A stretch of 64,000 bases of DNA from a candidate division WOR-3 bacterium (lineage in GTDB: Bacteria; Hydrothermota; Hydrothermia; UBA1063), in NCBI GenBank assembly GCA_039803545.1, contig JBDRYS010000001.1, positions 833,866 to 897,865 of the forward strand, given 5' to 3'. Of this stretch, positions 10,865-21,893 are shown piece by piece. Position numbers and translations under genes: made by a program. Numbering within the stretch: position 1 is the stretch's first letter; each line of letters starts with the position of its first letter. Under the pieces are notes generated by a model. It had not been told where the DNA came from. It was given only the letters and a program-made list of their open reading frames with translations, and did no database searches.

Positions 10865-12670
10865 ATGTGTGGATTTTTTAGCATTGTATTTGAAGAGGAT
10901 AGAAAAGACCTTGGAAACATTTTAACAAAAGCAGGATTCAGGCTCGCATACAGAGGTTATGACACCGTTGGTATTGGATACATAAAAGATAACGGGTTCT
11001 TTGAAATTAGAAAAGCCCCTGGAAAAATACACAGAGTCTACAAAGATCTAAATTTTGAAGAAATCGAAGGCAAAAGGGGTACTATACAATTAAGATGGGC
11101 AACCTACGGAGCCCCTTCCTTTGAAAACGCCCAACCCCATTTCGACTGCCACAAACGGCTAATCGGTGCCCATAATGGAAACATTGTTAATTCCCCATTT
11201 TTAAGAGAGAATCTAATTAGTAAAGGGCATCATTTTATTGGGGAAAACGACGGTGAGACCTTAGTACACGTAATTGAAGACTTTTACAATACATCAGGAG
11301 ACCTTAAAGATTCTATATTTAAAGCTTTTCAAACTCTTAAGGGCGACTACGCGTTCTCTATCACGGCAATTAACGAAAACAAATTTTACGCGGTTAAAAA
11401 GGGTTCATCTCTATTCTTAGGAGTAGGTGATGACTTTATTGCCGTATCCAGTGATTTAGTAGCCCTTCTTGATCTCACCAAAAATATTGTGACCCTTTAT
11501 GACGGCGAATTGGTAGAATTTACAGAGAAAGAGTATAGCATTTACAATTTAACTACTGGCGAAAAAATCTCAAGAGACCCTATATATACCGAACTTGACA
11601 TTAAAGATGCTGAAAAAGGCAATTTTCCTCATTTTATGATCAAAGAAATCAATGAGATACCTGAAAAGGCGAGGAACATAATAAATTTCTTACCAGAATT
11701 TAGAGAAATCGACCAAATAGTTGATGACATCCTCGCATCAAAGAAAAAATTCATAACTGGCAGTGGAACTTCCTTACATGCAGGGATTCTGGGAAGTTTC
11801 TACATGTCACAAATTGCTAAAGAACTCTTTATACCTGTGGCAGCCTCTGAGTTTTCCGAAAGATATGGAAACGTTGTGGAAGAAGGGGACCTGCTTTTTG
11901 TAGTCACTCAGAGTGGAGAGACGAAGGACGTCAAAAACGCGATGGATTCCTTTGGAAATCGTGGGAAAACCATTGGACTTATAAATGTTTTGGGTTCAAG
12001 CATCGCCCTCCGGTGTAATCATGTAATACCGGTTCTTTCTGACCTCGAGATTAGTGTTCCAGCGACGAAAACCTTTGTAAATCAGGTTATTGCCCTCCTT
12101 TACCTTTCAATTGAAATAGCAAAGAAAAAAGGGCTCCCTTACCCAAAGATAAAATTTGAAGAATTACCAAGGAAACTTAGTGAAGCCATTAGTATCGCCG
12201 AGACTCATAAAAACGAAGTAATTAAAGCGTTAATCCCCTGGAGAGACTTCTACGTACTCGGATTTGGACTAACCTATCCCATTGCTCTCGAAGGTGCATT
12301 AAAGATAAAGGAAGTGGTGTACATCCATGCAGAAGGGATGTACTCTGCGGAATTCAAACACGGTCCACTCTCTATTGTGGAAGAAGAGTACCCAGTGATT
12401 TTTGTTTCCACCCTCAAGGACAAGCATATGATACTCTCTCACATAAATGAAGTAAAATGCAGAGGCGGTAAAATTATTACCATTGCCCCAGAAGACGAAG
12501 AGCTAAGAAAAGAAAGCCATATTTTTGTACCAATTCCAGACGGTAATGAGTATCTTACCCCTATACTTGCGGTAATCCCGATGCAGATTATTGCCTACCA
12601 TATGAGTATTCACAAAGGGATAGACCCGGACTTTCCAAAGAATATTTCTAAAACCCTCACCGTAGATTAA
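10865..12670 (+). CDS. glmS: glutamine--fructose-6-phosphate aminotransferase (isomerizing)
   Basis: The 601-aa ORF begins MCGF, giving the N-terminal nucleophile Cys of a class II GATase. Two SIS domains follow and the C-terminus ends ...KTLTVD. Confidence 0.93.
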   Translation: MCGFFSIVFEEDRKDLGNILTKAGFRLAYRGYDTVGIGYIKDNGFFEIRKAPGKIHRVYKDLNFEEIEGKRGTIQLRWATYGAPSFENAQPHFDCHKRLIGAHNGNIVNSPFLRENLISKGHHFIGENDGETLVHVIEDFYNTSGDLKDSIFKAFQTLKGDYAFSITAINENKFYAVKKGSSLFLGVGDDFIAVSSDLVALLDLTKNIVTLYDGELVEFTEKEYSIYNLTTGEKISRDPIYTELDIKDAEKGNFPHFMIKEINEIPEKARNIINFLPEFREIDQIVDDILASKKKFITGSGTSLHAGILGSFYMSQIAKELFIPVAASEFSERYGNVVEEGDLLFVVTQSGETKDVKNAMDSFGNRGKTIGLINVLGSSIALRCNHVIPVLSDLEISVPATKTFVNQVIALLYLSIEIAKKKGLPYPKIKFEELPRKLSEAISIAETHKNEVIKALIPWRDFYVLGFGLTYPIALEGALKIKEVVYIHAEGMYSAEFKHGPLSIVEEEYPVIFVSTLKDKHMILSHINEVKCRGGKIITIAPEDEELRKESHIFVPIPDGNEYLTPILAVIPMQIIAYHMSIHKGIDPDFPKNISKTLTVD

Positions 12671-13590
12671 TGGAGATAATTTGCATAATCGGCCCTACGG
12701 CCTGCGGAAAAAAGGATATCGCTAAATATCTTCTTGAAAAATTCGGAGATAAGATCCATTTCATCTCCTGTGACTCAAGAAAAGTTTATAGATTCATGGA
12801 CATTGGAACTGCCAAACCAGAAAGGCCCATAAGGGATTTCTTTGAACTAATCGACATAAGAAACCCAGACGAGATATACAGTGCAGGAGACTTTTCAAAG
12901 GACGCAGAAAAAACTATCATGAAAATCTTAGATAATGGCAAAATCCCTATAATAATAGGGGGAACGCCGCTCTATTACAGGGCACTCTTTTCAGAATTTT
13001 TCGAGGAACCGAAAAAGGATCCCGAAGTTAGGCAATATCTTATTAAAAGACTAAAGGAAGAAGGAGTTGAAAAACTTTACGAAGAACTAAAAAACATAGA
13101 CCCCGAAACGGCTTCAAAACTTCACCCAAACGATTGGCTCCGAATAACAAGGGCCCTCGAAATTTATTACAACACAGGGATTCCTGCCAGTGAAGCCAGA
13201 AAAAAGCTTAGAAGGAAGAGAATTTTTGAACCCAAATACATAGGGATTGTTCAACCAAATCCAGAACTTTACAAGAAAATTGAGGAGCGTACCAAGAAAA
13301 TGTTTCAAGAGGGCCTTATAGAAGAAACTCAAAAGATTCTTGAGATGGGATATAGCGAAAATCTACCTTCGTTAAATACCATCGGGTACAAAGAAACCAT
13401 TAGGTACCTCAGAGGGGAACTTACATTTAATGAAGCAATATCGAAGACCATAAAAAACACTAAAATTTACGCGAGAAGGCAAAAAATGTTTTTCAAAAGC
13501 TTCGAAAACGTTAGCTGGTTTACTCTTCCAGAAGAAAAGGAACAACTTCTTCAAAGGCTAAAGGAAGAAATTCAGAAAAGGCTAAACTAA
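12670..13590 (+). CDS. miaA: tRNA dimethylallyltransferase
   Basis: The 306-aa ORF has a P-loop (GPTACGKKD) and the IPT-family core sequence DIGTAKP...GGTPLYY. Confidence 0.9.
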   Translation: MEIICIIGPTACGKKDIAKYLLEKFGDKIHFISCDSRKVYRFMDIGTAKPERPIRDFFELIDIRNPDEIYSAGDFSKDAEKTIMKILDNGKIPIIIGGTPLYYRALFSEFFEEPKKDPEVRQYLIKRLKEEGVEKLYEELKNIDPETASKLHPNDWLRITRALEIYYNTGIPASEARKKLRRKRIFEPKYIGIVQPNPELYKKIEERTKKMFQEGLIEETQKILEMGYSENLPSLNTIGYKETIRYLRGELTFNEAISKTIKNTKIYARRQKMFFKSFENVSWFTLPEEKEQLLQRLKEEIQKRLN

Positions 13591-14309
13591 ATTTTAATGT
13601 CTCTTAGATTAAAAACCGGGCCATCCTTGCAAGCCCTGAAATAACCAGTATCAGAAGACTTCTTTACAGAGCATCCAAAACAAAGTCCCATTCCGCAGGC
13701 CATTACGGTTTCAACAGAAACCCATATTTGAGCCTTTTTAAAGTTTTTCAAACTTCTTAACATGGGCACTGGTCCACAGGCGTATATAATTCTATCTTCC
13801 TCATCATCTACAAAATCCGTTACCAAACCCTTTCCTCCGTTAGATCCATCCTCAGTCACAATAAAAGTATTCAGGCCCTTCAGCAGGCTCTCTAATCCCT
13901 CTGGGGGCTTACTTTTTAACCCCCATAAGAACCTCTTATAGTTCCCAGTTCTTTTAGCGTAATAAAAAAGAGGTCCTAAACCCGAACCGCCCGCCACAAG
14001 GGTCACCCCGGAACGTTCAGGAAAGCCTTTACCAAGGGGACCCAAAAGTTGAATGGTATCGCCCTTCTTCTTTTCTAAAAGAAGCTCTGTCCCAAAACCA
14101 ACCAACTTTATCAAAAACCAAAGACTTTCAATATCAGCATGAAACACACTAAAGGGCCTGGAAAGGAAGGGCGCCAATCCCTTAGAAGGCCTAATCTGAA
14201 AAAACTGACCTGGAGAAATCTCAGTACCCCATAAGTTTTTTACTTTCAGTAAAAAGAAGCCATCACCCAGAAATTCATTAGAAATTACCTTTGTACTTAG
14301 CAATTCCAT
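13587..14309 (-). CDS. PyrK-like FAD/NAD(P)-binding oxidoreductase with a C-terminal 2Fe-2S cluster
   Basis: The 240-aa ORF has an FNR-like fold and a C-terminal Cys cluster (CGMGLCFGC...C) as in dihydroorotate dehydrogenase electron-transfer subunits. Confidence 0.7.
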   Translation of the reverse strand: MELLSTKVISNEFLGDGFFLLKVKNLWGTEISPGQFFQIRPSKGLAPFLSRPFSVFHADIESLWFLIKLVGFGTELLLEKKKGDTIQLLGPLGKGFPERSGVTLVAGGSGLGPLFYYAKRTGNYKRFLWGLKSKPPEGLESLLKGLNTFIVTEDGSNGGKGLVTDFVDDEEDRIIYACGPVPMLRSLKNFKKAQIWVSVETVMACGMGLCFGCSVKKSSDTGYFRACKDGPVFNLRDIKI

Positions 14310-15426
14310 CTTTAAGCACCTTCACAATATACTCAACCCACTCTTCCTTCATTGTAGGGAAAAGGGGTAAAGTTATTTGCATATGATAGGCTTCTTCCGT
14401 TACAGGAAGTGGCTTATAAGGATAATACTTTTGGACCGCGCTAAAAAGATGCAACGGTTTATAATGAATGCTTGTTTGAATGCCGTGTTCGAAGAGATAC
14501 AACCTTAAAGCATCCCTGTCCACTTTTGTAAAAATAGAAAAAATGTAATTTCCAGAAAGTTCGTATTCTTCAAAGGGGATTATAATCTCTGGAACATCTG
14601 CAAGAAGTTCCCTATAGAGCCCAACCAGCTCCCTCCTCCTGCGATTAATCCATTCGATTTTACTGAGCTGCGATAACCCAAGAGCCGCTTGAATCTCCGT
14701 TGGCCGATATGTGAAACCAATTTCCTGGATGTCATAGTCTATCTCTAAGCCTTTATACCTCTCGTAAGATGTACTTGAAATTCCTTGAGACCTTAAAGAC
14801 TTACATCTTGAATACACATATTTATCATTTGTTAAAATCACCCCACCTTCACCCGTTGTGATATTTTTGTTTGCATATAGAGACATTCCCGCTACTAATC
14901 CAAAATTTCCAGCTCTTTTCCCCTTCCAAAGGGAACCGTGACAATGGGAGGCATCTTCAATTAAAATAAGGCCCTTTTCTTCACAATATGCTTTAATTTC
15001 GTCAATTCCATCCATAAATCCGGCGTATGCCACGTATACGAGATGAGTGGCGTTGCCTCTAACCTTCTCTATGGTTTCAGGTGAAATAACAGGCCTTTTC
15101 AAAGATTGAATATCTGCAAATACAAACTTTGCACCCATCCAGATCAAAGGCGTCAAAGTGGAAATATAAGTAAATGACGGCAGGATAACTAAGCTGTCAG
15201 GGCCTATACCTGCAGATATATAAGCAAGGTGAAGAGCAGCCGTTCCTGAAGAAACGAAAAGAGCATGATTGACCCCAAAATACCGTTCAAAGGCCCTTTC
15301 TAATTCATCAGTTTTAGGTCCAAGGGAAACCCATCCACTTCTCAGTGTAGATACTACAGACTCGATATCAGACTCATCAAAATAGGTTTCAAAGAGAGGA
15401 ATTTTAAATTCCTTATTCAGTGTCAA
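14278..15426 (-). CDS. DegT/DnrJ/EryC1/StrS-family PLP-dependent sugar aminotransferase
   Basis: The 382-aa ORF begins ...LRSGWVSLGPKTDELERAFERYFG..HALFVSSGTAALHLA, the DegT family N-terminal region. Confidence 0.8.
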   Translation of the reverse strand: MTLNKEFKIPLFETYFDESDIESVVSTLRSGWVSLGPKTDELERAFERYFGVNHALFVSSGTAALHLAYISAGIGPDSLVILPSFTYISTLTPLIWMGAKFVFADIQSLKRPVISPETIEKVRGNATHLVYVAYAGFMDGIDEIKAYCEEKGLILIEDASHCHGSLWKGKRAGNFGLVAGMSLYANKNITTGEGGVILTNDKYVYSRCKSLRSQGISSTSYERYKGLEIDYDIQEIGFTYRPTEIQAALGLSQLSKIEWINRRRRELVGLYRELLADVPEIIIPFEEYELSGNYIFSIFTKVDRDALRLYLFEHGIQTSIHYKPLHLFSAVQKYYPYKPLPVTEEAYHMQITLPLFPTMKEEWVEYIVKVLKDGIAKYKGNF

Positions 15427-17530
15427 CGGCTCCGAGTTCCTGCAAACCGCCTTTTAAAGCCCTCTTTCTTGACAGTTTGAATCTCCCAGTTTCATCGATC
15501 TCAATTACCTTAACCAAAACTTTATCACCAACCTTTAAAACATCTTCAACCTTTGAAATTTTCGAGTCAGAAATCTCTGAAATATGAAGCAACCCCTCCT
15601 TATTTGGCAAAATCTCAACGAATGCACCAAAAGGTGCAATCCTTTTAACTACGCCCATATACACCTTGCCCAGTTCAACCTCCTGTACCAGCCCACTTAT
15701 CAGTTCCTTGGCCTCTTCAACGCCTTCTTCACTATAGCCTGAAATCAAAACTCTTCCCGTGGCATCATCAATATCAATTTTTGTCCCTGTTTGTTCAATT
15801 ATCTTTTTGATGGTTCGACCACCAGGTCCAATTACAAGCCCTATCTTATCCGTAGGTATTGTAATCGATGAGACCTTCGGAGCGTAAACGGAAACACTAT
15901 CCCGGGGCTTCGAAATTGTAGCATTCATAATATCGAGGATATATAGCCTGGCTCTCCGAGCCCTCTCAAAGGTTTCTTTTATGATGTTTAAAGGCAAACC
16001 TCTAATCTTAAGGTCGAGTTGAATAGCGGTAATCCCCCTTGAGGTACCAGCAATTTTGAAATCCATATCGCCGTAGTGATCTTCTGCACCCACAATGTCT
16101 GTTAACAAAACATATTGATCGCCTTCCTTAATCAGTCCCGTGGAAATTCCAGCACAGGCAGCCTTAATTGGAACTCCAGCATCCATGAGCGAAAGAGAAC
16201 CACCACAAACAGTGGCCATTGAAGTGGAACCATTTGATTCCAAAACATCGGATACTACCCTTATAGTGTAAGGGAACTCCTCTTCTGACGGTATTAAAGG
16301 AGCTAAAGCCTTTTCTGCAAGGTTTCCATGCCCAATTTCTCTCCTTGAGACTCCTCTCAATGGCTTAACCTCACCCGTTGAAAAGGGAGGAAAGTTATAA
16401 TGCAACATGAAACGTTTTTCTTCCTCTGGCTCAAGCTCAGAAAGTTTTTGGACATCTTCCTTTGTCCCGAGCGTTGTTACTACAAGGGTTTGGGTTTCTC
16501 CTCTCCTGAAAAGGGCAGAGCCGTGGGTTCTTGGGAGCACCCCCACTTCGCAGGAAATTGGCCTTATTTCTTCAAATCCTCTACCGTCAACCCTTCTACC
16601 TTCATTCAATGTCATTTCCCGGAGTGCTTTCTTTTCAAGTTCATAAAGGGTTTGATTAAGCTCATTAGTTAAGTCTTCCGTTGGGTAATTAGTCTTGACA
16701 AATTCTTCCGCTTTCTTTCTTATCGCATCAAGGTTTTCATTACGGAGTTTCTTTTCGGTAATGTGCATCGCATCAACGATATCTTGATAAACCAGTTCCT
16801 TAATTTTATTGTAGAAATCATCGGGAATAACAAGCTTCTGATAGGGGACCTTAGCCTTTCCGATTTTCTCACGAAGCTCATTTTGGAAATCCTCGATCTC
16901 TTTTAGATAGGGCATGGCAAACTCGATGGCCTGCAAAACGATATCTTCGGGGACTTCCTTGCCTCCAAATTCAATCATATTGATCTCGCCTGAAGAACCC
17001 GCCACGAGCAAATCAAAATCGCTTTGCTCAATCTGGGAATTCGTTGGATTTATTACAAATTCACCGTTAATTCTGCCAACCCTGCAGGCCGCTATAGGCC
17101 CATCAAACTCAATTTCTGAAATGTGAAGACAGGCAGAGGCACCTATTATTCCAAGGAAGTTGGTCTCGTTTTCAAGGTCGTAGGATAATAGATAAGCTAT
17201 GACCTCTATGTCATTCATCATATCTTTGGGAAATCTCGGCCTTATAGCCCTATCAATAGCCCTTCCATGTAGTATTTCTCTTTCAGTAGGCTTACCCTCC
17301 CTCTTTAAATATCCACCAGGAATTTTGCCGGCAGCGTAAGACTGCTCTCTATACTCGACAAGAAGTGGAAGAAAATCCCTTTTTTCTTTAGATTCTTGGG
17401 TTACAACTGTTACCAGTAGTACAGTATCGCCATAGGAAATTAAGAGAGAAGAAGTCGCCTGATTTGCTACCCTTCCAACCTCAACTTTTAATATCCGACC
17501 TGCAATCTCGCGTTCTAAAGAATAGATCAT
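15413..17530 (-). CDS. pnp: polyribonucleotide nucleotidyltransferase (PNPase)
   Basis: The 705-aa ORF has two RNase PH domains, a KH domain and a C-terminal S1 domain. It lies downstream of rpsO. Confidence 0.95.
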   Translation of the reverse strand: MIYSLEREIAGRILKVEVGRVANQATSSLLISYGDTVLLVTVVTQESKEKRDFLPLLVEYREQSYAAGKIPGGYLKREGKPTEREILHGRAIDRAIRPRFPKDMMNDIEVIAYLLSYDLENETNFLGIIGASACLHISEIEFDGPIAACRVGRINGEFVINPTNSQIEQSDFDLLVAGSSGEINMIEFGGKEVPEDIVLQAIEFAMPYLKEIEDFQNELREKIGKAKVPYQKLVIPDDFYNKIKELVYQDIVDAMHITEKKLRNENLDAIRKKAEEFVKTNYPTEDLTNELNQTLYELEKKALREMTLNEGRRVDGRGFEEIRPISCEVGVLPRTHGSALFRRGETQTLVVTTLGTKEDVQKLSELEPEEEKRFMLHYNFPPFSTGEVKPLRGVSRREIGHGNLAEKALAPLIPSEEEFPYTIRVVSDVLESNGSTSMATVCGGSLSLMDAGVPIKAACAGISTGLIKEGDQYVLLTDIVGAEDHYGDMDFKIAGTSRGITAIQLDLKIRGLPLNIIKETFERARRARLYILDIMNATISKPRDSVSVYAPKVSSITIPTDKIGLVIGPGGRTIKKIIEQTGTKIDIDDATGRVLISGYSEEGVEEAKELISGLVQEVELGKVYMGVVKRIAPFGAFVEILPNKEGLLHISEISDSKISKVEDVLKVGDKVLVKVIEIDETGRFKLSRKRALKGGLQELGAVDTE

Positions 17531-17796
17531 CCTCTGATACCCAACTTCTCTATAAGCTCAGAGTAGCGAGCGAAGTTTTCTCTCTTAAGGTAATTTAGAA
17601 GTCTTTTCCTCTTACCAACCATTTTTACAAGTCCCATCCTGGAATGTACGTCTTTACGGTGTACTTTAAGATGTTCCGTTAGATCGTTAATTCTCTTTGT
17701 TAATAGAGCAATTTGCACCTCAACGGAACCCGTATCTTTTTCGTGTTTTGCCCATTCCTTAATTATCCTTTCCTTCTCTTCTTTGCTAATAGTCAT
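17527..17796 (-). CDS. rpsO: 30S ribosomal protein S15
   Basis: The 89-aa ORF contains ...[29 protein letters not shown], the S15 signature. Confidence 0.95.
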   Translation of the reverse strand: MTISKEEKERIIKEWAKHEKDTGSVEVQIALLTKRINDLTEHLKVHRKDVHSRMGLVKMVGKRKRLLNYLKRENFARYSELIEKLGIRG

Positions 17797-17834
17797 GAGA
17801 ATTCTACCTCCATTTTCAGTTTAAATAAAACAAA

Positions 17835-17905
17835 AGCGGGAGACGGGATTTGAACCCGCAACCATCCCCTGGACAGGGGAGGCTCTACCGTTGAGCTACT
17901 CCAAA
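17835..17905 (-). pseudogene. degenerate tRNA-like element derived from tRNA-Gly(TCC). It has a 6-nt anticodon loop and a mispaired acceptor stem, and may be a pseudogene or a non-canonical tRNA.
   Basis: Its D-arm, T-arm and 3' acceptor strand are identical to the tRNA-Gly 230 bp away. The anticodon stem is re-paired as TCCCC/GGGGA around a TGTCCA loop, and the 5' acceptor strand TTTGGAG does not fully pair with the 3' strand CTCCCGC. Confidence 0.5.
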
Positions 17906-18063
17906 TTTCTTCTCTTTTCATCGCCTTTAGCAAGCAATTTAAAATTCGTTCAATACCAAATTTGCATATCTTGAAGGGCTGCTAAACCGAAGCCACAGGG
18001 CAATGAATTTGAATTATGCCCCCTTCGGTGCTTTCACCCTTCTCACTTCAAATAAAAAACAAA

Positions 18064-18135
18064 AGCGGGAGACGGGATTTGAACCCGCAACCACCGGCTT
18101 GGAAGGCCGATGCTCTACCGTTGAGCTACTCCCGC
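18064..18135 (-). tRNA. tRNA-Gly (anticodon TCC)
   Basis: Manual cloverleaf: acceptor GCGGGAG/CTCCCGC, D-arm GCTCAACGGTAGAGC, anticodon loop CTTCCAA and T-arm GCGGGTTCAAATCCCGT. CCA is not encoded. Confidence 0.9.
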
Positions 18136-18171
18136 TTTTTGTCCCAATTTTTAAAGAACTTTTTTAAAATA

Positions 18172-18255
18172 TGGAGGGGGGTGGATTTGAACCACCGAAG
18201 GCCTAAAGCCAGCAGATTTACAGTCTGCCCCCTTTGGCCGCTTGGGTACCCCTCC
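18172..18255 (-). tRNA. tRNA-Tyr (anticodon GTA), long variable arm
   Basis: Manual cloverleaf: acceptor GGAGGGG/CCCCTCC, anticodon loop ACTGTAAAT, a long variable arm and a terminal CCA-like end. Confidence 0.88.
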
Positions 18256-18264
18256 AAATCCCTT

Positions 18265-18337
18265 AGCTGGCGGAGGGATTTGAACCCCCGACCTGGTGAT
18301 TACAAATCACCTGCTCTGCCGACTGAGCTACGCCAGC
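18265..18337 (-). tRNA. tRNA-Thr (anticodon TGT)
   Basis: Manual cloverleaf: acceptor GCTGGCG/CGCCAGC, D-arm GTAGCTCAGTCGGCAGAGC, anticodon loop TTTGTAA and T-loop TTCAAAT. Confidence 0.88.
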
Positions 18338-18498
18338 ATCTTTAACAAAGAACTACCTTTGATAGTATATTAAATTTATAGTAAGACCCACGGATAGTCA
18401 ATTGAAAAGAGGTACACTTATTGGAACTCAAAAATCAAGAGCTTTGATTATTCAAGACTTTTGTTTTAAAATCTCCTACGCACACAGGAGGAGATTAA

Positions 18499-18684
18499 AT
18501 GGCAAGGAGATGTGAAATTTGTGGAAAGGGTCCTTTATCTGGAAATAATGTTTCCCATGCAAACAAAAAGAGCCCAAGACGCTGGCTTCCAAACTTAAGA
18601 AAAGTAGAATTAGAAATTGACGGGTATGTAGTGAAAGCTAAAGTTTGCTCAAAGTGCTACAAAAAATTAAGAAAATCGGAATAG
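18499..18684 (+). CDS. rpmB: 50S ribosomal protein L28
   Basis: The 61-aa [32 protein letters not shown] is preceded by an AGGAGG Shine-Dalgarno sequence. Confidence 0.93.
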   Translation: MARRCEICGKGPLSGNNVSHANKKSPRRWLPNLRKVELEIDGYVVKAKVCSKCYKKLRKSE

Positions 18685-21600
18685 TCGCCCTCGTCGTTTT
18701 TACTTTAACTGGGGCGACCTATTTCCTTTTCAACTTATATTCAAAAATCTTAATTCAAAGTTATATTGGAAAGCTCTTAAAGGATAAATGCACAATTACA
18801 GGTTATCAGTTTAATCTTTTTGGCAGTTTGAAGTTCAAAGAATTAAAATCAGGAGATGCGCTTTTCATAAAAAATTTAACCATAAATTACAATCCTCTTT
18901 CGCTTATACTATTTAGAACGATTAACTACATCCATGCCGAAGAATTTTCAATCAATTCAAAAATATTCAAAAAATCTGGCAAGGGTAAAAGCCCCACCTT
19001 CCCTACGACCTTTGCGATTCCCATCCAGTTTAACGAAATTAAAATAAACAAAGGTAGCATCATCCTCGACTCAAACAAAATTGATCTAAATTTCATCTAC
19101 CTTGCTGGAGAAGGAACAGGTAATACCTATCGAATTAGAAGCTACATAAACAGCATCACATACAATGGTGAAAACCTTTATTTTTATAGCGACATAATCC
19201 TCAAAAACAACTCGGTTTTAATAAAGGATTGTGAAATTCAAAACGAAAAACTGAGTGTTTCTGGGACCTCAGGAGCAATCTACTTTCCAGATTCGGTAAA
19301 AATCAAAATCAGTCTTCTTAAATTGCAAGAAAATAATGCAAGAGACCTCAGTCTTCTCTATTTAATGCAAAAAGGAAAACTTCTTATCAGCACACCAGAA
19401 ATTATTTTACATGGCCACACTATAAAAGAAGTAACCGCCGAGATTCAGCAGGCATTACCAGAATCTCTCTTAATTGAAAAAGCTACCTTTAAATACAAGG
19501 AGAACTTGATAAACGGGAACGGAATCTATTTGATTAAAAGGCGAAGACTTTCCATCAAAAATCTGGACATTTCCATAAACGAGGAAGGCTTAAAAGGAGA
19601 TATTACATCGTCTATGGACTTTGATGATGGAGACCTCTCAGGGAAAATAATTTCGACAAATTTAAGATATTTAGATTCTGAACCTTTCCAAATCCTATGT
19701 GCCTTCTCCTTCAAAAACGGTGAGCTTAAGATTTCCATTCAACATTTAAAATCACTGAATTCCAACCTCACAGGAAAAGTCACTTTTTTTAATCAAACAT
19801 TGAAAATTTATGCGAAAGGCATCCTTTCTGTTTCAGACCTTTTAAGAGAACAAAACGGGCTCATCGATTTCAACATCGATTATGCTCTTAAAAAAGACGG
19901 AAGAAGTGGCCAAGCATATTTCTCCGGAAAAGCACTTACTTTCAAAAAAATAGGTTTAAAAGAAGTTTTCTTAAATCTATACTCAAAAGGGCAAACTGAT
20001 ACTATTAAGATAAAGGCCCAGGGAATTAACGCAGCCGACTTTCAGCTTGATTCCTTAAAAGCGTTAGTAGCTTCTGCAAATCTTAAAAGTTTTACAATGA
20101 ACCTCTTAGCATTTCAAAGGTACTCAGCTCTAAGCAGTGATCTCTTCCTTAGCTATTTGGAAGGTAATAATTTTGATTTCCAGGTGAGAAACCTACAACT
20201 ATCGATGGGAGATTCCGATACCGTGGAGATAAAAGATCCACTTAGGATTACTAAGAGGGACAGCAAAGTTTTAATTGACGATGGTGAAATCTTAATAAAT
20301 TCAAAGCCCCTTTCATTAAAGGGAAACTTAAACCTCGCAACCAAAGAGATTAACATGCAAGCTTCTGCTAACGAACTGAAGATTAGGAACCTTGCTGGAA
20401 TAAGCTTATCGTTCTCAGGCATGATTAACATTGCAGGAAACCTGAAAAATCCAAGCATAGATTCATGGATTAATGCAGAAAACCTTAGATACAAAGATTA
20501 TAAGGACCTAAACATTTATGCATCTGTTAGGCTTTCAGGCAGTGGGTTAATAGTCGATAGCACTTCAATTCAGGGCCCTTCATTACACATTGAGGGGGGT
20601 GGATTCTTACCACTCACCTTCTCGCTACTGCCTTTTAACATGAAACCCAACAATAATGAGCATTACAAAATTGTAGTGAAGATAAGTGGTCTGCCAATAG
20701 AAAAAATTAACGAATTTACGGAGAAACAGCTAATTTTGAATTCAATGGATGTTTACGGAGATATTCAGATTGAGGGGACATACAATTCGGTACCTAACCT
20801 CTCAGGTTTTTTAAAAGTCGAAAAAGTCTCTGGAGTTTACGCTCCAATTCAACTTGAATTCAGCAGGGGTGAAGTTCTTGCTGAACTCGAAAAAGACGGC
20901 TTTACAATCAGAAGAGGGATTGCCTCCATAGATCACGGAACGGTAATAATTAACGGCTACGGGAAAAGATTATTCAAAAAAGAAAGAGAAATAAGTCTCA
21001 CTTTTGCTGGAACCAATGTTACCCTTTATCCAACCTACAATATCTTTGCCTCAGGGGATACTAAAATAAATCTACTTATCAATGAAAATGGCATCACCGT
21101 CAAAGGTGATGCACTCATCAAAGAGGCGACAATCTTCCAGAGCATAAGGCCTTCAGGAGGGGCCTATTCCCAATTTCCTCAAAACCTGAACCTTGTTCTG
21201 AATTTAAGGTCGGAGGGTAATACCTTCTTTGTAAACGAGTTGGCAGACATTGAGATAAAGGGCGATCTTGTCTTTCAGATTGCTGATGGACGAATGCTCT
21301 TAGATGGGACTGCCAATGTCGTTAAGGGATATTTCCTCTACTTAGATAGGATCTTTGAAATTCAATCAGGGTATGTGAATTTCAATTCCTCAGTGAGCTC
21401 AGAGCCTGAGTTTAATCTGAAAGCTTTTTCAAAGGTGGATACCTTTAATGTTTATTTAGCACTATCTGGCACCATGAGAAACCCTCAAATTACATTAACT
21501 TCAGAACCGCCCCTTGATGAATTAAACATAATATACCTTTTAACTCTCGGGAGATTATACGGTGACACAACTTCAGCAGGAGGAGAAGAACTTCAAGAGA

Positions 21601-21893
21601 TCAAAAATAGGGCCCTTACCCTCGCAAGCACGCTCATATCACAAAATTTAAGAAGAACATTAAGATTTCAGGAATTAAGGCTCACAACTACTGAAACCAC
21701 GGAAAATCCATCACTCCTCATAGGTTTCTATCTTAACCCTCGACTTTATTTCTGGTACTCTCATGACATCTTTGACATAACGAAAGATATGTTCAGAATA
21801 CGGTATAAAGTCAACAATAACTTTGGAATTTTCGCGGAGAGAGATGAGGAGCGAAGGCTTCTCGTTGGACTTGACTATATGTATGAGTTCTAA
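18645..21893 (+). CDS. TamB/AsmA-like giant envelope protein (translocation-and-assembly-module family). It has an N-terminal signal anchor and a beta-rich body.
   Basis: The 1082-aa ORF has a single N-terminal TM helix, an extended repetitive beta-strand region and a C-terminus ...[12 protein letters not shown]. It is tightly packed between rpmB and priA. The start is uncertain because it overlaps the rpmB end. Confidence 0.6.
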   Translation: MLKVLQKIKKIGIVALVVFTLTGATYFLFNLYSKILIQSYIGKLLKDKCTITGYQFNLFGSLKFKELKSGDALFIKNLTINYNPLSLILFRTINYIHAEEFSINSKIFKKSGKGKSPTFPTTFAIPIQFNEIKINKGSIILDSNKIDLNFIYLAGEGTGNTYRIRSYINSITYNGENLYFYSDIILKNNSVLIKDCEIQNEKLSVSGTSGAIYFPDSVKIKISLLKLQENNARDLSLLYLMQKGKLLISTPEIILHGHTIKEVTAEIQQALPESLLIEKATFKYKENLINGNGIYLIKRRRLSIKNLDISINEEGLKGDITSSMDFDDGDLSGKIISTNLRYLDSEPFQILCAFSFKNGELKISIQHLKSLNSNLTGKVTFFNQTLKIYAKGILSVSDLLREQNGLIDFNIDYALKKDGRSGQAYFSGKALTFKKIGLKEVFLNLYSKGQTDTIKIKAQGINAADFQLDSLKALVASANLKSFTMNLLAFQRYSALSSDLFLSYLEGNNFDFQVRNLQLSMGDSDTVEIKDPLRITKRDSKVLIDDGEILINSKPLSLKGNLNLATKEINMQASANELKIRNLAGISLSFSGMINIAGNLKNPSIDSWINAENLRYKDYKDLNIYASVRLSGSGLIVDSTSIQGPSLHIEGGGFLPLTFSLLPFNMKPNNNEHYKIVVKISGLPIEKINEFTEKQLILNSMDVYGDIQIEGTYNSVPNLSGFLKVEKVSGVYAPIQLEFSRGEVLAELEKDGFTIRRGIASIDHGTVIINGYGKRLFKKEREISLTFAGTNVTLYPTYNIFASGDTKINLLINENGITVKGDALIKEATIFQSIRPSGGAYSQFPQNLNLVLNLRSEGNTFFVNELADIEIKGDLVFQIADGRMLLDGTANVVKGYFLYLDRIFEIQSGYVNFNSSVSSEPEFNLKAFSKVDTFNVYLALSGTMRNPQITLTSEPPLDELNIIYLLTLGRLYGDTTSAGGEELQEIKNRALTLASTLISQNLRRTLRFQELRLTTTETTENPSLLIGFYLNPRLYFWYSHDIFDITKDMFRIRYKVNNNFGIFAERDEERRLLVGLDYMYEF

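Noticed and set aside
16400-17126. Several plus-strand ORFs of 70-90 aa
   Set aside because: All are antisense to pnp, which is highly conserved. They are frame artefacts.
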